NCBI GenBank assembly: GCA_014237915.1
Contig: JABACC010000007.1
Span: forward strand, 1,446-65,445
From: Candidatus Paceibacter sp.
Lineage (GTDB): Bacteria > Patescibacteriota > Minisyncoccia > Phycocordibacterales > GCA-2747955
DNA: 64,000 bases
Reading direction: 5' to 3'
The notes below the pieces were generated by a model. The model worked only from the letters and a program-made list of their open reading frames with translations, searched no databases and was not told the origin of the DNA. Made by a program: the position numbers and the translations under genes. Positions 45,516 through 55,380 of this stretch are shown here, in pieces (within the stretch, counting starts at the first letter, position 1; every line of letters begins with the position of its first letter).

Positions 45516-46406
45516 TTGGTATTCCGCTCATTTTTTATAATAATATGGTTTATGGTGAAAAAGAAAAGAAATAACAAGACAAAACAAGAATTAGTACGAA
45601 AAATGCAAAAAAAAGAATCGGATAAATATTTTTATGAAAATAAATATAAAAACTTAGGTTATAAAGAAATCCCGTATTCTAAAATAAAGGAAAAATTAAC
45701 AAAAAAAGAATTACATCTTTTTTTGTCTTTAAATTTAATAAAAAATCATTTTATAACCTTAGGGGACTTAAACATAAATTTGGAAAAATCATTAGAAGAC
45801 GAAAGCAAAGATGACGTCTTTGATGGATTAAAGAATGAAAGACAGCTTTTTATGCTCAGGTTGTTATCATCTCAAATTTATGAATCCCTAATATTTTTTA
45901 GAAATTATAAAAAGCAAATATGGACAATAAAAAATCTTGATGAAATAAAAGAAATTGGCGGAAGTAAGGATGCTACGAAATTTTTTCCGTTTATATTGAA
46001 AGTAATAGATATTAAAGACAGTGAATGGAAAGAAAGAAGTAATGAATTATTAGAAATAGATAAAACATTTGGAAATAAAGCTGTAAGGTTTTTTGAATTT
46101 ATATATCATTCAAGAAATGCTACTTTTCACTTTGGAAACAAACTTGATTGTGGATTTGAAAAGTTTTTTAATGATAAAAAAATAAAAAAAAAAGTAAATA
46201 ATCCTTGTTTTATTAAGATAGATGAAATGTCAGAGAAAAATCAACCTCTGTTTATAAATAATGTTTTTTATCATCAATATCATGAAAAATTTACTACAGA
46301 AAAAGAGCAAGAAAATTTAAATATGGAAATAAGTTTTTTTTTTATTTTAATGTCTAAGGTTTGTGATATTTTGATTGAAGAATTATTTAAGAAGATAGAT
46401 GGTTAA
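45516..46406 (+). CDS. Hypothetical protein
   Basis: 296-aa ORF. The start is uncertain: the first roughly 10 codons overlap a long hairpin, so the start may be the internal MVKKK. No motif recognised. Confidence 0.3.
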   Translation: MVFRSFFIIIWFMVKKKRNNKTKQELVRKMQKKESDKYFYENKYKNLGYKEIPYSKIKEKLTKKELHLFLSLNLIKNHFITLGDLNINLEKSLEDESKDDVFDGLKNERQLFMLRLLSSQIYESLIFFRNYKKQIWTIKNLDEIKEIGGSKDATKFFPFILKVIDIKDSEWKERSNELLEIDKTFGNKAVRFFEFIYHSRNATFHFGNKLDCGFEKFFNDKKIKKKVNNPCFIKIDEMSEKNQPLFINNVFYHQYHEKFTTEKEQENLNMEISFFFILMSKVCDILIEELFKKIDG

Positions 46407-46465
46407 CTTTTGTTTTAAAAATATGTATATAAATTTTTGAAATTAAATGTTATAATTTTTGGATT

Positions 46466-46945
46466 ATGGAAGAAAATACAAATAAAACAAAAAAAATAAT
46501 AATTACTGTTGTTGTAATTTTAGTTATTATCTTACTAATTTTTATTTTTTCAAAAGATAAAAATGAAGAAGTAGATAATAGTGAAATTTCAGAAACAGCT
46601 TCAGAAGTAAGTTCTGTTGAAGAAGTTGAGTCTGAAAAAGATATTGAAAATAATATTGCAGAAGAAGATATTTCTGAAATTTTTATAAATGAAAACGAAG
46701 ATGGAAACTTAGAAAATCTTTCAGAAGAAAAAAAACCAAGTCTTTCTTTTTCTTTTAAACAAAAATTTGAAGTTGTTTCAAATGAAAACAGAAAAATTTC
46801 TCTGCTACCGAAAATAAAACAAACTCTAATTTACGTAGATGAAAAACTTGAAAATTTAAAAGGAGTGGTTAAAGATGGAAATCCTATTTTGACAAAAATT
46901 GGCGGAATTTTAAATTCATTTGAAGAATTTATTTCTAGTATTTAA
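46466..46945 (+). CDS. Hypothetical membrane-anchored acidic protein
   Basis: 159 aa. One TM helix then an E/S-rich segment. Confidence 0.3.
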   Translation: MEENTNKTKKIIITVVVILVIILLIFIFSKDKNEEVDNSEISETASEVSSVEEVESEKDIENNIAEEDISEIFINENEDGNLENLSEEKKPSLSFSFKQKFEVVSNENRKISLLPKIKQTLIYVDEKLENLKGVVKDGNPILTKIGGILNSFEEFISSI

Positions 46946-47002
46946 TTTTTAAAAAATAAAAAATTTAGTTTTTATTTTTTATAAAAATGTTAAAATTATT
47001 TT

Positions 47003-48031
47003 ATGATTTTTGAGCATACTCTTTGGGAATATTTTTTATTTTTAATAGTTTTCCTGATTTTAATTTTTGTCTTTGGTATTTTTAGAGATTTTTTGGCAAA
47101 ATATTTAAAAAAAATTTTCTCTAAAACATCTAATAAATATGATGATTTTATAGTTGAACAAATTGGAAAAAGCAGAAAAATTTTTTATTATTTTATTTCC
47201 TTTTATTTACCATTTATTTCTTTTTTTAGTTTTGAAAAAGCAGAAGAATTTTTGAAATATATTTTTATTTTGGTAGTTGTAATTGAAGTTGCAAAAATAT
47301 TTTCATCTTTAATTAATTTTGTGGAGAGCCTTCTACAGAAAAAAAATCAAAAAGATAAACACGCTAAAACCGCTTATAATGCAATTTCTAAAGTTCTGAA
47401 AATTCTTGTTTGGATTTTTGCATTTTTATTTTTATTTTCAAATTGGGGAATTGACATCACTGCTCTTGTCGCTGGGCTGGGAATAGGAGGTATTGCAATA
47501 GCTTTTGCTTTTCAATCTATTTTAAAAGATTTATTTGCCTACCTTTCAATTTTATTAGATGCGCCAATTGATATTGGTGATTACGTTGAAGTTGAAAATT
47601 CTGGGGGCTGGGTTAAAAAAATCGGAATTAAAACGACAAGACTTTTAGGCGCAGGTGGAGAGGAACTTATTATTTCAAATGATAAATTGGTTTCTGGTAT
47701 TTTAGATAATTCTGGAAAAAGAAGTCACAGAAGATTTAGTTTTAAAGTTGGGGCAGCTTATGGGACAAAAACTGAAAAATTAAAAAAAATAAGAACTGGA
47801 ATTGAAGAAATTATAAAATCAGAAAAAGATGTTGAATTTATAAGATGCCATTTAAAAGATATGTCAGATTTTTCTTTAGATTTTCATGCAACTTATAAAG
47901 TTGAAGACCAAGGATATAATCATTATATGGATATTAGAGAAAGAATTAATCTTTCAATTTTAGAACTTTTTGAAAAAGAAGGAGTGGAAATTCCTTTTCC
48001 AACCCAAACTCAATACAACAGAGAAGGATAA
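47003..48031 (+). CDS. mscS: Small-conductance mechanosensitive channel (MscS family)
   Basis: TM3 pore-helix pattern ITALVAGLGIGGIAIAFAFQSILKDLFA followed by a beta-domain (IDIGDYVEV…GWVKKIGIKTTRL). Confidence 0.8.
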   Translation: MIFEHTLWEYFLFLIVFLILIFVFGIFRDFLAKYLKKIFSKTSNKYDDFIVEQIGKSRKIFYYFISFYLPFISFFSFEKAEEFLKYIFILVVVIEVAKIFSSLINFVESLLQKKNQKDKHAKTAYNAISKVLKILVWIFAFLFLFSNWGIDITALVAGLGIGGIAIAFAFQSILKDLFAYLSILLDAPIDIGDYVEVENSGGWVKKIGIKTTRLLGAGGEELIISNDKLVSGILDNSGKRSHRRFSFKVGAAYGTKTEKLKKIRTGIEEIIKSEKDVEFIRCHLKDMSDFSLDFHATYKVEDQGYNHYMDIRERINLSILELFEKEGVEIPFPTQTQYNREG

Positions 48032-48088
48032 AAATTGTTTTTTCTTTTTTAAAATTTATTTTGTGTTAAAATATTTTTATAAATTTTT

Positions 48089-48676
48089 ATGTTAATTCCT
48101 ACTGTAATAGAAAAAACAAATATGGGAGAAAGAGCCTATGATATTTACTCAAGGCTTTTAAAAGATAGAATTATTTTTGTCTATGGTCCGATTAGAGACG
48201 AAAGCATAAATTTAATAATTGCTCAACTGCTTTACCTAGAAGCAGAAGATTCTGAAAAAGATATAACTCTTTACGTAAACTCTCCTGGAGGATCTGTTAT
48301 GGCGGGACTTGCCCTTATAGACACCATGAATAATATAAAACCTGATATCTCCACCGTTTGTGTAGGAATGGCAGCATCTATGGGCGCTATGATACTCTCT
48401 TCCGGAGCTAAGGGAAAAAGATTTTCTCTGCCAAATTCTGAGGTTATGATTCATCAGCCTTGGGGTGGATTTGAGGGTCAAGTATCTGATTTAGAAATTA
48501 CAACAAAACAATTTGTAAAACATAAAAAATTGTTAACAGAAATGCTTTCAAAAAACACTAAACAAAAATTTTCTAAACTAGAAGAAGATATGGATAGGGA
48601 TTTTTGGCTCTCAGCTGACGAGGCTAAAAAATATGGAATTATCGACAAAGTCTTGGAAAATAAAAAGAAAAAATAA
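48089..48676 (+). CDS. clpP: ATP-dependent Clp protease proteolytic subunit
   Basis: Ser-His-Asp triad context: [18 protein letters not shown], …D. 195 aa. Confidence 0.95.
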   Translation: MLIPTVIEKTNMGERAYDIYSRLLKDRIIFVYGPIRDESINLIIAQLLYLEAEDSEKDITLYVNSPGGSVMAGLALIDTMNNIKPDISTVCVGMAASMGAMILSSGAKGKRFSLPNSEVMIHQPWGGFEGQVSDLEITTKQFVKHKKLLTEMLSKNTKQKFSKLEEDMDRDFWLSADEAKKYGIIDKVLENKKKK

Positions 48677-48683
48677 TTATAAT

Positions 48684-48712
48684 TTATGCGGGCCCCTACG
48701 GTGCCCGCATTT
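48684..48712 (+). terminator. Intrinsic terminator after clpP
   Basis: atgcgggcccctacggtgcccgcattttt: GC-rich hairpin plus T-run. Confidence 0.55.
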
Positions 48713-48732
48713 TTAAAAAATAAAAAATAAAA

Positions 48733-49428
48733 ATGAAAAGAATCTTAATAAAATTATCAGGAGGAGCACTTGCAGAAGGTGAGGAAAAATTTTCACATTC
48801 TGTTTTGGAAAATACTGCAAAAAAAATTAAAAATATTCAAAAAAAAGGAGTTGAAATTGCAGTCGTTGTTGGCGGTGGAAATTTATTTAGAGGAAGGGAT
48901 TTGGAATCAGGAGATAAATTAAAAAGACCAACAGCTGATTATGTTGGAATGCTTGGAACTATTCAGAATGCCCTTATTGTGCGAGACTTTTTTATTTCAC
49001 AAGAAATTCCAACCATTGTTTCTTCTGCAATTTCAATGCCGCAAGTTTGCGAGCCATATATGCCAAGAAAAGTAACCAGTAATTTAAAAAAAGAAAGAGT
49101 TGTAATTTTAGCTGGAGGATTAGGACAGCCATATTTTTCTACAGATTCAGCAGCAGTCCAGAGAACTTTAGAGCTCGGTTGTGAAAAACTTATTTTAGCT
49201 AAAGACGGAGTTGATGGAGTTTATGATTCAGATCCAAAAGAAAACCCAGAGGCTAAAAAAATTGACAGATTAACTTGTTCTGAGATTTTAGAAAAAAATT
49301 TAAAAGTAGCTGACTCTTCAGCGGTTTCTCTTGCCAGAGAAAACGGACTTTCTATGAAAGTTGTTTCAATGGAAAATATTGAAGATTTTGATAATAAAAA
49401 TATTGGAACAGAAATTTTCCCAGAGTAA
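48733..49428 (+). CDS. pyrH: Uridylate (UMP) kinase
   Basis: ILIKLSGGAL… VVGGGNLFRG… amino-acid-kinase-fold motifs. 231 aa. Confidence 0.88.
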   Translation: MKRILIKLSGGALAEGEEKFSHSVLENTAKKIKNIQKKGVEIAVVVGGGNLFRGRDLESGDKLKRPTADYVGMLGTIQNALIVRDFFISQEIPTIVSSAISMPQVCEPYMPRKVTSNLKKERVVILAGGLGQPYFSTDSAAVQRTLELGCEKLILAKDGVDGVYDSDPKENPEAKKIDRLTCSEILEKNLKVADSSAVSLARENGLSMKVVSMENIEDFDNKNIGTEIFPE

Positions 49429-49441
49429 ATCACAATAAAAA

Positions 49442-50569
49442 ATGAAAAAAGAAAAATTTTCGTTAAAAGACCATCTTTTTAATAAGGAAAAAGTTATATA
49501 TTTTTCAAAACTTTTAAAAAAAGCTGACAAGAATTTTCCAGAGAAAAAATTTACAAAAGAAGTTTTAGAAAATTTTCCGCAATTGGAATTAAAAGAGAGG
49601 ATTTTTTTAATGAGGCAAAAACTCGAAGAGTTTTTGCCTCAAAAGTTTGAAAAATCAGCAGAAATTATTTTAAAAGCACTGCCTCCAGAATTTGATTCTA
49701 AAAAAACAGATGATGATTTTGGAGATTTTATTTTAGCTCCTTTTCAATATTTTGTAGCTAAAAATGGAAATAATAAAAAAGATTTAAAACTTTCACTAAA
49801 AACTCTTTCTGAAATTACAAAAAGATTTACGACAGAAGACGGAATAAGATATTTTATAAATTCATACCCAAAAGAAACTTTTTCTTTTTTACAAAAAATG
49901 TCTAAATCAAAAAACTATCACCAAAGAAGACTTTCCTCAGAAGGATTAAGACCAAATCTTCCTTGGTGTATTTCCATAAATTTTTCATACAAAAAAGGAG
50001 CTGAGATTTTGGATAATTTATATTTTGATAAAACTCGCTATGTTGTACGTTCAGTGGCAAATCATTTAAACGACATTTCAAAAATAGATTCAGATTTTGT
50101 TATAGAAAAATTAATTTTTTGGCAAAAAGAAAATAAGCAAAATGAAGATGAGTTCCGGTATTTAAAAACACATTCGCTAAGAACCCTCTTAAAAGATGGA
50201 AACGATAGCGCGCTTAATTTTTTAGGTTATAAGAAAAATATAAAAATAAAAAATTTTAAGTTTTTTTTGAAGAAAAAAAAAATATTTTTGGGAGAAAATT
50301 TGGATTTTCAAATTTCTTTTGAAAATTTTGAAAAAGAGAATATTTTATTAAATTATAAAATATATTTTTTGAAAAAAAATAGAAATTTAATTTCCAAAAC
50401 TTTTAGAATTAAAAAATTTTCTTCAGAAAAAAATAAAAAATATATTTTTGATAAAAAACATTCTTTTGCTGAAATTTCTACAAAAAAATATTATTCTGGT
50501 AAACACAAAATAGAAATTATTTTAAATGGAAAGATTTTAGCTTCAGAAAATTTTGATTTAAAGATTTAG
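49442..50569 (+). CDS. HEAT-repeat protein, possibly DNA alkylation repair enzyme (AlkD/AlkC-like)
   Basis: 375 aa, helical-repeat composition. The …RRLSSEGLRPNLPW…VRSVANHLNDISK… segment recalls the DNA_alkylation family. Weak, from memory. Confidence 0.3.
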   Translation: MKKEKFSLKDHLFNKEKVIYFSKLLKKADKNFPEKKFTKEVLENFPQLELKERIFLMRQKLEEFLPQKFEKSAEIILKALPPEFDSKKTDDDFGDFILAPFQYFVAKNGNNKKDLKLSLKTLSEITKRFTTEDGIRYFINSYPKETFSFLQKMSKSKNYHQRRLSSEGLRPNLPWCISINFSYKKGAEILDNLYFDKTRYVVRSVANHLNDISKIDSDFVIEKLIFWQKENKQNEDEFRYLKTHSLRTLLKDGNDSALNFLGYKKNIKIKNFKFFLKKKKIFLGENLDFQISFENFEKENILLNYKIYFLKKNRNLISKTFRIKKFSSEKNKKYIFDKKHSFAEISTKKYYSGKHKIEIILNGKILASENFDLKI

Positions 50570-50590
50570 TTTTTGAGGATTTTGTTTTTT

Positions 50591-50634
50591 GTTTTGGCGG
50601 AAAAATTGGCTCCGCCAATTTTTCCGCCAAAACC
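50591..50634. terminator. Palindromic hairpin (family member 7)
   Basis: ttttggcggaaaaattggc-tccg-ccaatttttccgccaaaa. The stem is almost identical to member 4 (34454-34487) but with a different loop. Confidence 0.45.
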
Positions 50635-50673
50635 CAAAGATTTAAAAAAAATTAAATTTGTTATAATAATTTT

Positions 50674-51135
50674 ATGTTTAATAAAGAAAAAATTACTATA
50701 AATTTAGCCACAGATCATGCTGGATTTTCTCATAAAGAAAAAGTCAGAAAAATTTTAGAAGAGAAAAATTTTAAAGTTTATGATTTTGGCGCTTTTGAAA
50801 ATAATCCAGATGATGATTATCCAGATTTTATTTCACCCTTAGCTTCCAAAATTTCAGAAAACTCAGAAGAAAACATAGGGATAATTTTTGGAGGATCTGG
50901 GCAAGGTGAAGCAATGTGTGCAAATAGATTTAAAAATGTAAGAGCAGTTATTTTTTATGGAAATTTTGAAGAAAAAAAGGAAATTTTAGAACTTTCAAGA
51001 AAACACAATAATGCAAATATTTTATCAATCGGAGCAAGGTTTGTAGCAGAAGGGGATTTAGAAAAAATCTTGAATTTTTGGCTTGAAACTAAATTTGAGG
51101 GTGGAAGACACTTAAGAAGAATTGAAAAATTTTAA
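50674..51135 (+). CDS. rpiB: Ribose-5-phosphate isomerase B (RpiB/LacAB family)
   Basis: …INLATDHAGF… GIIFGGSGQGEAMCANR… motifs. 153 aa. Confidence 0.85.
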   Translation: MFNKEKITINLATDHAGFSHKEKVRKILEEKNFKVYDFGAFENNPDDDYPDFISPLASKISENSEENIGIIFGGSGQGEAMCANRFKNVRAVIFYGNFEEKKEILELSRKHNNANILSIGARFVAEGDLEKILNFWLETKFEGGRHLRRIEKF

Positions 51136-51168
51136 AAAAATATTTTTTGAAAATGTTATAATTTTAAA

Positions 51169-52227
51169 ATGTTAGAGTTAAGTATTTTTAAAGTATTAAT
51201 TCCCGCACTTTTTTCTTTTTTATTAGGAATTTTAATGGCTCCAAAAATCTTAAATTTTTTATACAAAAAAGAAGTTTGGAAAAAAAAAGCTGGAAATGAA
51301 AAAGGCCTAGGAGACAACAAAGGAACTCCAATTTTTAATAAACTACATAAAGAAAAAGATGTTAAAACTCCTAGAATGGGGGGCCTTGTAATTGTTTTTT
51401 CTGTTTTTTTAACAATCGTTGTTTTTTGGTCTTTATCATTTTTTTTAACAGGAGGCCCTTCTGGAAAAACTGACTTTTTATCTCGTGATCAAACTTGGCT
51501 TATTTTTGCTACTTTTTTATTTGGAGCAATTATTGGTTTTTTTGATGATTTTTTTACTATTAAAAAAGAAGGATTGTTTGCGGGAGGAATTTCTATAAAA
51601 TACAGACTTTTAGCCGTTGCCTTTTTTTCTTTTTTTATTTCTTTGTGGTTTTATTTTAATTTAGAAATGACCTCCATAAAAATTCCTTTTTATGGAGATT
51701 TCTTTTTGGGAATATTTTTTATTCCATTTTTTATTTTAGTTTTTGTATCTCTTTTTGCCACATCAAATATTGACGGACTAGATGGTCTAGCAGGAGGAAT
51801 AATGGCAATTATTTACGGAGCGTATGGATTTATTTCTTTTTTTTATGATCAAATAAATATCTCAGCTTTTTGTTTTACTATTTGCGGATCGGTTTTAGCT
51901 TTTTTATGGTTTAACATTCCGCCAGCAAAATTTTATATGACAGAAGTTGGCTATACTGCACTTTCTCTCACGTTAGGAGTAATTGCTTTTTTAACAGATA
52001 CAGTTATTTTGCTTCCAATAATTGCCTTTATGCTTTTTTTCACAGAGATCACAACAATTTTACAAGTTTTATCAAAGAAATTTAGAGGAAAAAAAATATT
52101 TCTCTCAGCGCCAATTCACCATCATTTTGAAGCTTTAGGAATGAAACATCACACAATTGTTATGAAATATTGGATTATAAGCGCAATTTTTGCCATTTTT
52201 GGAGCTATTTTGGCTGTAATGGGATAA
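51169..52227 (+). CDS. mraY: Phospho-N-acetylmuramoyl-pentapeptide transferase
   Basis: DGLDGLAGG and PIHHHFE motifs. Roughly 10 TM segments. Confidence 0.9.
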   Translation: MLELSIFKVLIPALFSFLLGILMAPKILNFLYKKEVWKKKAGNEKGLGDNKGTPIFNKLHKEKDVKTPRMGGLVIVFSVFLTIVVFWSLSFFLTGGPSGKTDFLSRDQTWLIFATFLFGAIIGFFDDFFTIKKEGLFAGGISIKYRLLAVAFFSFFISLWFYFNLEMTSIKIPFYGDFFLGIFFIPFFILVFVSLFATSNIDGLDGLAGGIMAIIYGAYGFISFFYDQINISAFCFTICGSVLAFLWFNIPPAKFYMTEVGYTALSLTLGVIAFLTDTVILLPIIAFMLFFTEITTILQVLSKKFRGKKIFLSAPIHHHFEALGMKHHTIVMKYWIISAIFAIFGAILAVMG

Positions 52228-52231
52228 TTTT

Positions 52232-53812
52232 ATGGATGAAGTTTTTAACCAAAAAAAAATATTAAATACAAATATTAAAATAATTTCTTTTTTTACAGCC
52301 ATTTCCTTACTTTTAGCAATTTTTAGAGACAAAATTTTTTCAATTTTTATAGGATCTGGCCCAGAATTAGATATTTATTACACAGCTTTTAAAATTCCAG
52401 ATTTAATTTTTTTACTTATAGCTACTACTTTTGGACCTTTTGTCTTAATCCCATATTTAAAAAAAATAAAAGAAAGTGGAAAAAATATCGAAGAAAGTTT
52501 GGCAAAAATTTTTTCTCTTTTTTTTCTAATAATTTTTTTTGTTTCAGCTTTGGTCTATTTTTTATTACCTTATTTTTTAAATTATTTTTTTCCAGATTTT
52601 GTAGGAGAGAATTATAAAAATTTATTAAATTTAACGAGATTTTTTCTTCTCTCCCCAATCTTAATTGGGCTTGGAAATATTTTTCTTTCTTTAAATAACT
52701 TTTCTGAGAAATTTTTCGTAAGTTCTATTACAGGAATTTTATACAATCTTTCAATAATATTTTCTGTTTTTATTTTTTTCCCATTTTTTGGAGTTTATGG
52801 GCTTGGTCTAGGGGTTGTTTTAGGAGCGTTTTTTTATTTTTTAGCAAGTTTTTTTTCAGTAAACAAAAAACAAATAAAAATTTTTTTTCTTTTTTTGAAA
52901 AATTCCGCAACCTCAATAAAAAAAGAAGAGTTTTTGTATTTTTTTAAAAAAGGAATACCGCGATCGCTTTCCGTTTTTGTTTATTCTTTGGGGGTTTTTT
53001 TAATTTTCTCTAAAATTTCTCGTTTAGGTTCTGGTTCAGTTACGATTTTTTCATTTGCTTCAGGTTTATTTGCCGTTCCAGTTTCTGTTTTTTCTGGAGC
53101 ATTTTCTTCAGCTATTTTTCCTAGACTTTCAGAAAATTTTATAAAAAATAAAATTGATAAGTTTAGAGAAAATATAAAAAAGATTTTAAACCAGATTTTG
53201 TTCTTCACTCTACCAACGTCTGCAGTTTTTTTCCTTCTTTCTCACGAGATTTCAAGTATTATTTTTGCCTCGAACCTTTACGGCCCAGAAGAGGTTTATA
53301 AAACAAGCATTTTGTTAAAAATTTTTTCAGTGGCGATTATTTTTCAAAGCCTAATTATTTTTATAACAAGAGCTATTTATTCAACAGGTAAAAATTTAAT
53401 TGTTTTTTTACTTTCATTTTTATTTTTTCTTTTTATTTTAATTTCGTATTTTTTTATAAAAGAGGGTGATTTATTTTTTTGGACTGCGCTTTATTCTTTT
53501 TCCATAATTTTAATTTCACTTTTATTTTATTTTATTTTCAAAAAAGTTTTTTTTAAAAATTTTAAATTGTTAGATAAAAATTCTTTCAAAATTATCGGAG
53601 CAAACATTCTAACTTTTATTTTTATATATTTTTTGAAATTTTCTTTTCTAAAAAATATTCAAAATTTTATTTTAGAAAATATTTTTTTAAACTTTATTTT
53701 TTTTGGTTTTTTGTTTTCGATTTTTTTGTTGGTAGTACTTATTTTTTTGAAAGAAGAAAATATTCTCTCTTACAAAAATTTTGTTTTCAATTTTTTTAAA
53801 AAACAGACTTAA
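52232..53812 (+). CDS. murJ: Probable lipid II flippase MurJ (MOP/MATE-superfamily polytopic membrane protein)
   Basis: 526 aa, roughly 14 TM. N-terminal R…IF…G…LD.YY.AFKIPDL pattern similar to MurJ. Located between mraY and the ftsW-murG region. Confidence 0.5.
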   Translation: MDEVFNQKKILNTNIKIISFFTAISLLLAIFRDKIFSIFIGSGPELDIYYTAFKIPDLIFLLIATTFGPFVLIPYLKKIKESGKNIEESLAKIFSLFFLIIFFVSALVYFLLPYFLNYFFPDFVGENYKNLLNLTRFFLLSPILIGLGNIFLSLNNFSEKFFVSSITGILYNLSIIFSVFIFFPFFGVYGLGLGVVLGAFFYFLASFFSVNKKQIKIFFLFLKNSATSIKKEEFLYFFKKGIPRSLSVFVYSLGVFLIFSKISRLGSGSVTIFSFASGLFAVPVSVFSGAFSSAIFPRLSENFIKNKIDKFRENIKKILNQILFFTLPTSAVFFLLSHEISSIIFASNLYGPEEVYKTSILLKIFSVAIIFQSLIIFITRAIYSTGKNLIVFLLSFLFFLFILISYFFIKEGDLFFWTALYSFSIILISLLFYFIFKKVFFKNFKLLDKNSFKIIGANILTFIFIYFLKFSFLKNIQNFILENIFLNFIFFGFLFSIFLLVVLIFLKEENILSYKNFVFNFFKKQT

Positions 53813-53842
53813 ATATGGCTTTGTTTTTGCTATAATTTCAAA

Positions 53843-55360
53843 ATGTTAAAAAAGTTTCTAATTTTTTTAGATAATACAACAATGTATCGATTAACTTTAG
53901 TCTGTCTTTTTTTAATTTCCATATTTTCTCTATTTTTTTCTTTTTTTGGTTTAATTTATTATCCAATATTTAATTTATTTTTCTCTCTCGGAGTTATTTT
54001 GCTTTCTTGTGTTTTTTTTCATTATCTTTTTTCTTTTTTAAAAAAAGCTCCTTCAAACATTGAATCAACTTTAATTTCAGCTTTTTTAATTTTTTTAATT
54101 TTTGACCCGTTTTTTAACTCAGAAGGTTTGTTTTCTTTAGTTTTAATTTCATTTTTAACAATCGCCTCAAAATATTTAATCGTTTATAGAAAAAATCATT
54201 TTATAAATCCTGTTATTTTTGGAGCAGTTTTAATTTCTCTCTTGGGTTTAAATTATGCAACTTGGTGGGTGGCAAACCCATATCTTTTTTTACCAGTTTT
54301 AATTTTAGGTTTTTTATTAATTTACAAAATTAGAAAAATTGAAATGGCAGTAACATTTATTTTAAGTTCATTTATTTTTTCTTTTTTAGTTTTATTTTTT
54401 GAAAATTCTTTAGATTTTTCTTTTTTTTATACTTTTTTCTTAGCTTGGCCTATTTTATTTTTTTCTTTTTTCATGCTTACAGAACCTATAGGAATTCCCT
54501 CGGAAAGAAAAAATCAGATTTTTTATGCAATTTTAGTGGGAGCCCTCTCTTCTGTATCTTTTTCTTTTTTATTTTTTAATTCTTCTTTTGAAATGTCACT
54601 TTTTTTAGCCAATCTTTTGTTTTTTTTCTTTTTTCAAAAATCAGGAAAATTTATTTTGAAGTTAAAAGAAATTAAAAAAGTTTCTGAAAATAGTTTTTTA
54701 TATATTTTTTCTCGTCCAAAAAATTTAAACTTCAAAGCAGGACAATATTTAGAAGCGGTTTTGCCACACAAAGAGCAAGATTCTCGGGGAGTTTCTAGAT
54801 ATTTTAGTTTAGCCTCATCTCCCACAGAAAAAGATTTGGCTTTTTTAATAAAAATGGAAAATAAAAAAAGCTCTTTTAAAGAAAAATTAAAAAATATGAA
54901 AAAAGAAGATATTCTTTTTGCTAAAAATATTTCTGGAGATTTTATTTTGAAAAAAAATGAAAAAAAGGAAATAGTTTTTGTTGCAGGAGGTGTTGGGATA
55001 ACTCCTTTTTTTTCGATGATTAAATATATTATTGATAAAAAACAGGAAAGTCAGATTAAACTTTTTTTATGTGCTCAAAACCATAATTCTATTACAAACA
55101 TTTCTCTTTTGAAAAAATGGCAAAAAGAAAACAAAAATTTAAAAATAATTTATGTTCTAGATGAAAAAACCGATTTATTAAATTGCAAAAAAGGAAGGTT
55201 AAACAAGAAAATTTTAGATGAAGAAAATGTTTCTTTTAAAGATTCTATTTTTTATATTTCAGGCCCTACGGCCATGGTTAAATCGGTAGAAAGTCTACTT
55301 AGAAATTCACAAACGCCAAAAGAAAATATTAAAACAGATTATTTTCCAGGATTTTCTTAA
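53843..55360 (+). CDS. Membrane-embedded FAD/NAD(P)-binding oxidoreductase (ferredoxin-NADP-reductase-type C-terminal domain fused to a roughly 300-aa polytopic N-terminal domain)
   Basis: C-terminal FAD_binding_6/NAD_binding_1 motifs: FKAGQYLEAVLP…RYFSLASSP (RxYS), VFVAGGVGITPFFSMI (GGxGxxP), …YISGP. The N-terminal roughly 8 TM segments are His-poor, so not a ferric-reductase heme domain. Confidence 0.55.
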   Translation: MLKKFLIFLDNTTMYRLTLVCLFLISIFSLFFSFFGLIYYPIFNLFFSLGVILLSCVFFHYLFSFLKKAPSNIESTLISAFLIFLIFDPFFNSEGLFSLVLISFLTIASKYLIVYRKNHFINPVIFGAVLISLLGLNYATWWVANPYLFLPVLILGFLLIYKIRKIEMAVTFILSSFIFSFLVLFFENSLDFSFFYTFFLAWPILFFSFFMLTEPIGIPSERKNQIFYAILVGALSSVSFSFLFFNSSFEMSLFLANLLFFFFFQKSGKFILKLKEIKKVSENSFLYIFSRPKNLNFKAGQYLEAVLPHKEQDSRGVSRYFSLASSPTEKDLAFLIKMENKKSSFKEKLKNMKKEDILFAKNISGDFILKKNEKKEIVFVAGGVGITPFFSMIKYIIDKKQESQIKLFLCAQNHNSITNISLLKKWQKENKNLKIIYVLDEKTDLLNCKKGRLNKKILDEENVSFKDSIFYISGPTAMVKSVESLLRNSQTPKENIKTDYFPGFS

Positions 55361-55380
55361 TTTAATGTTATAATTTTTTT

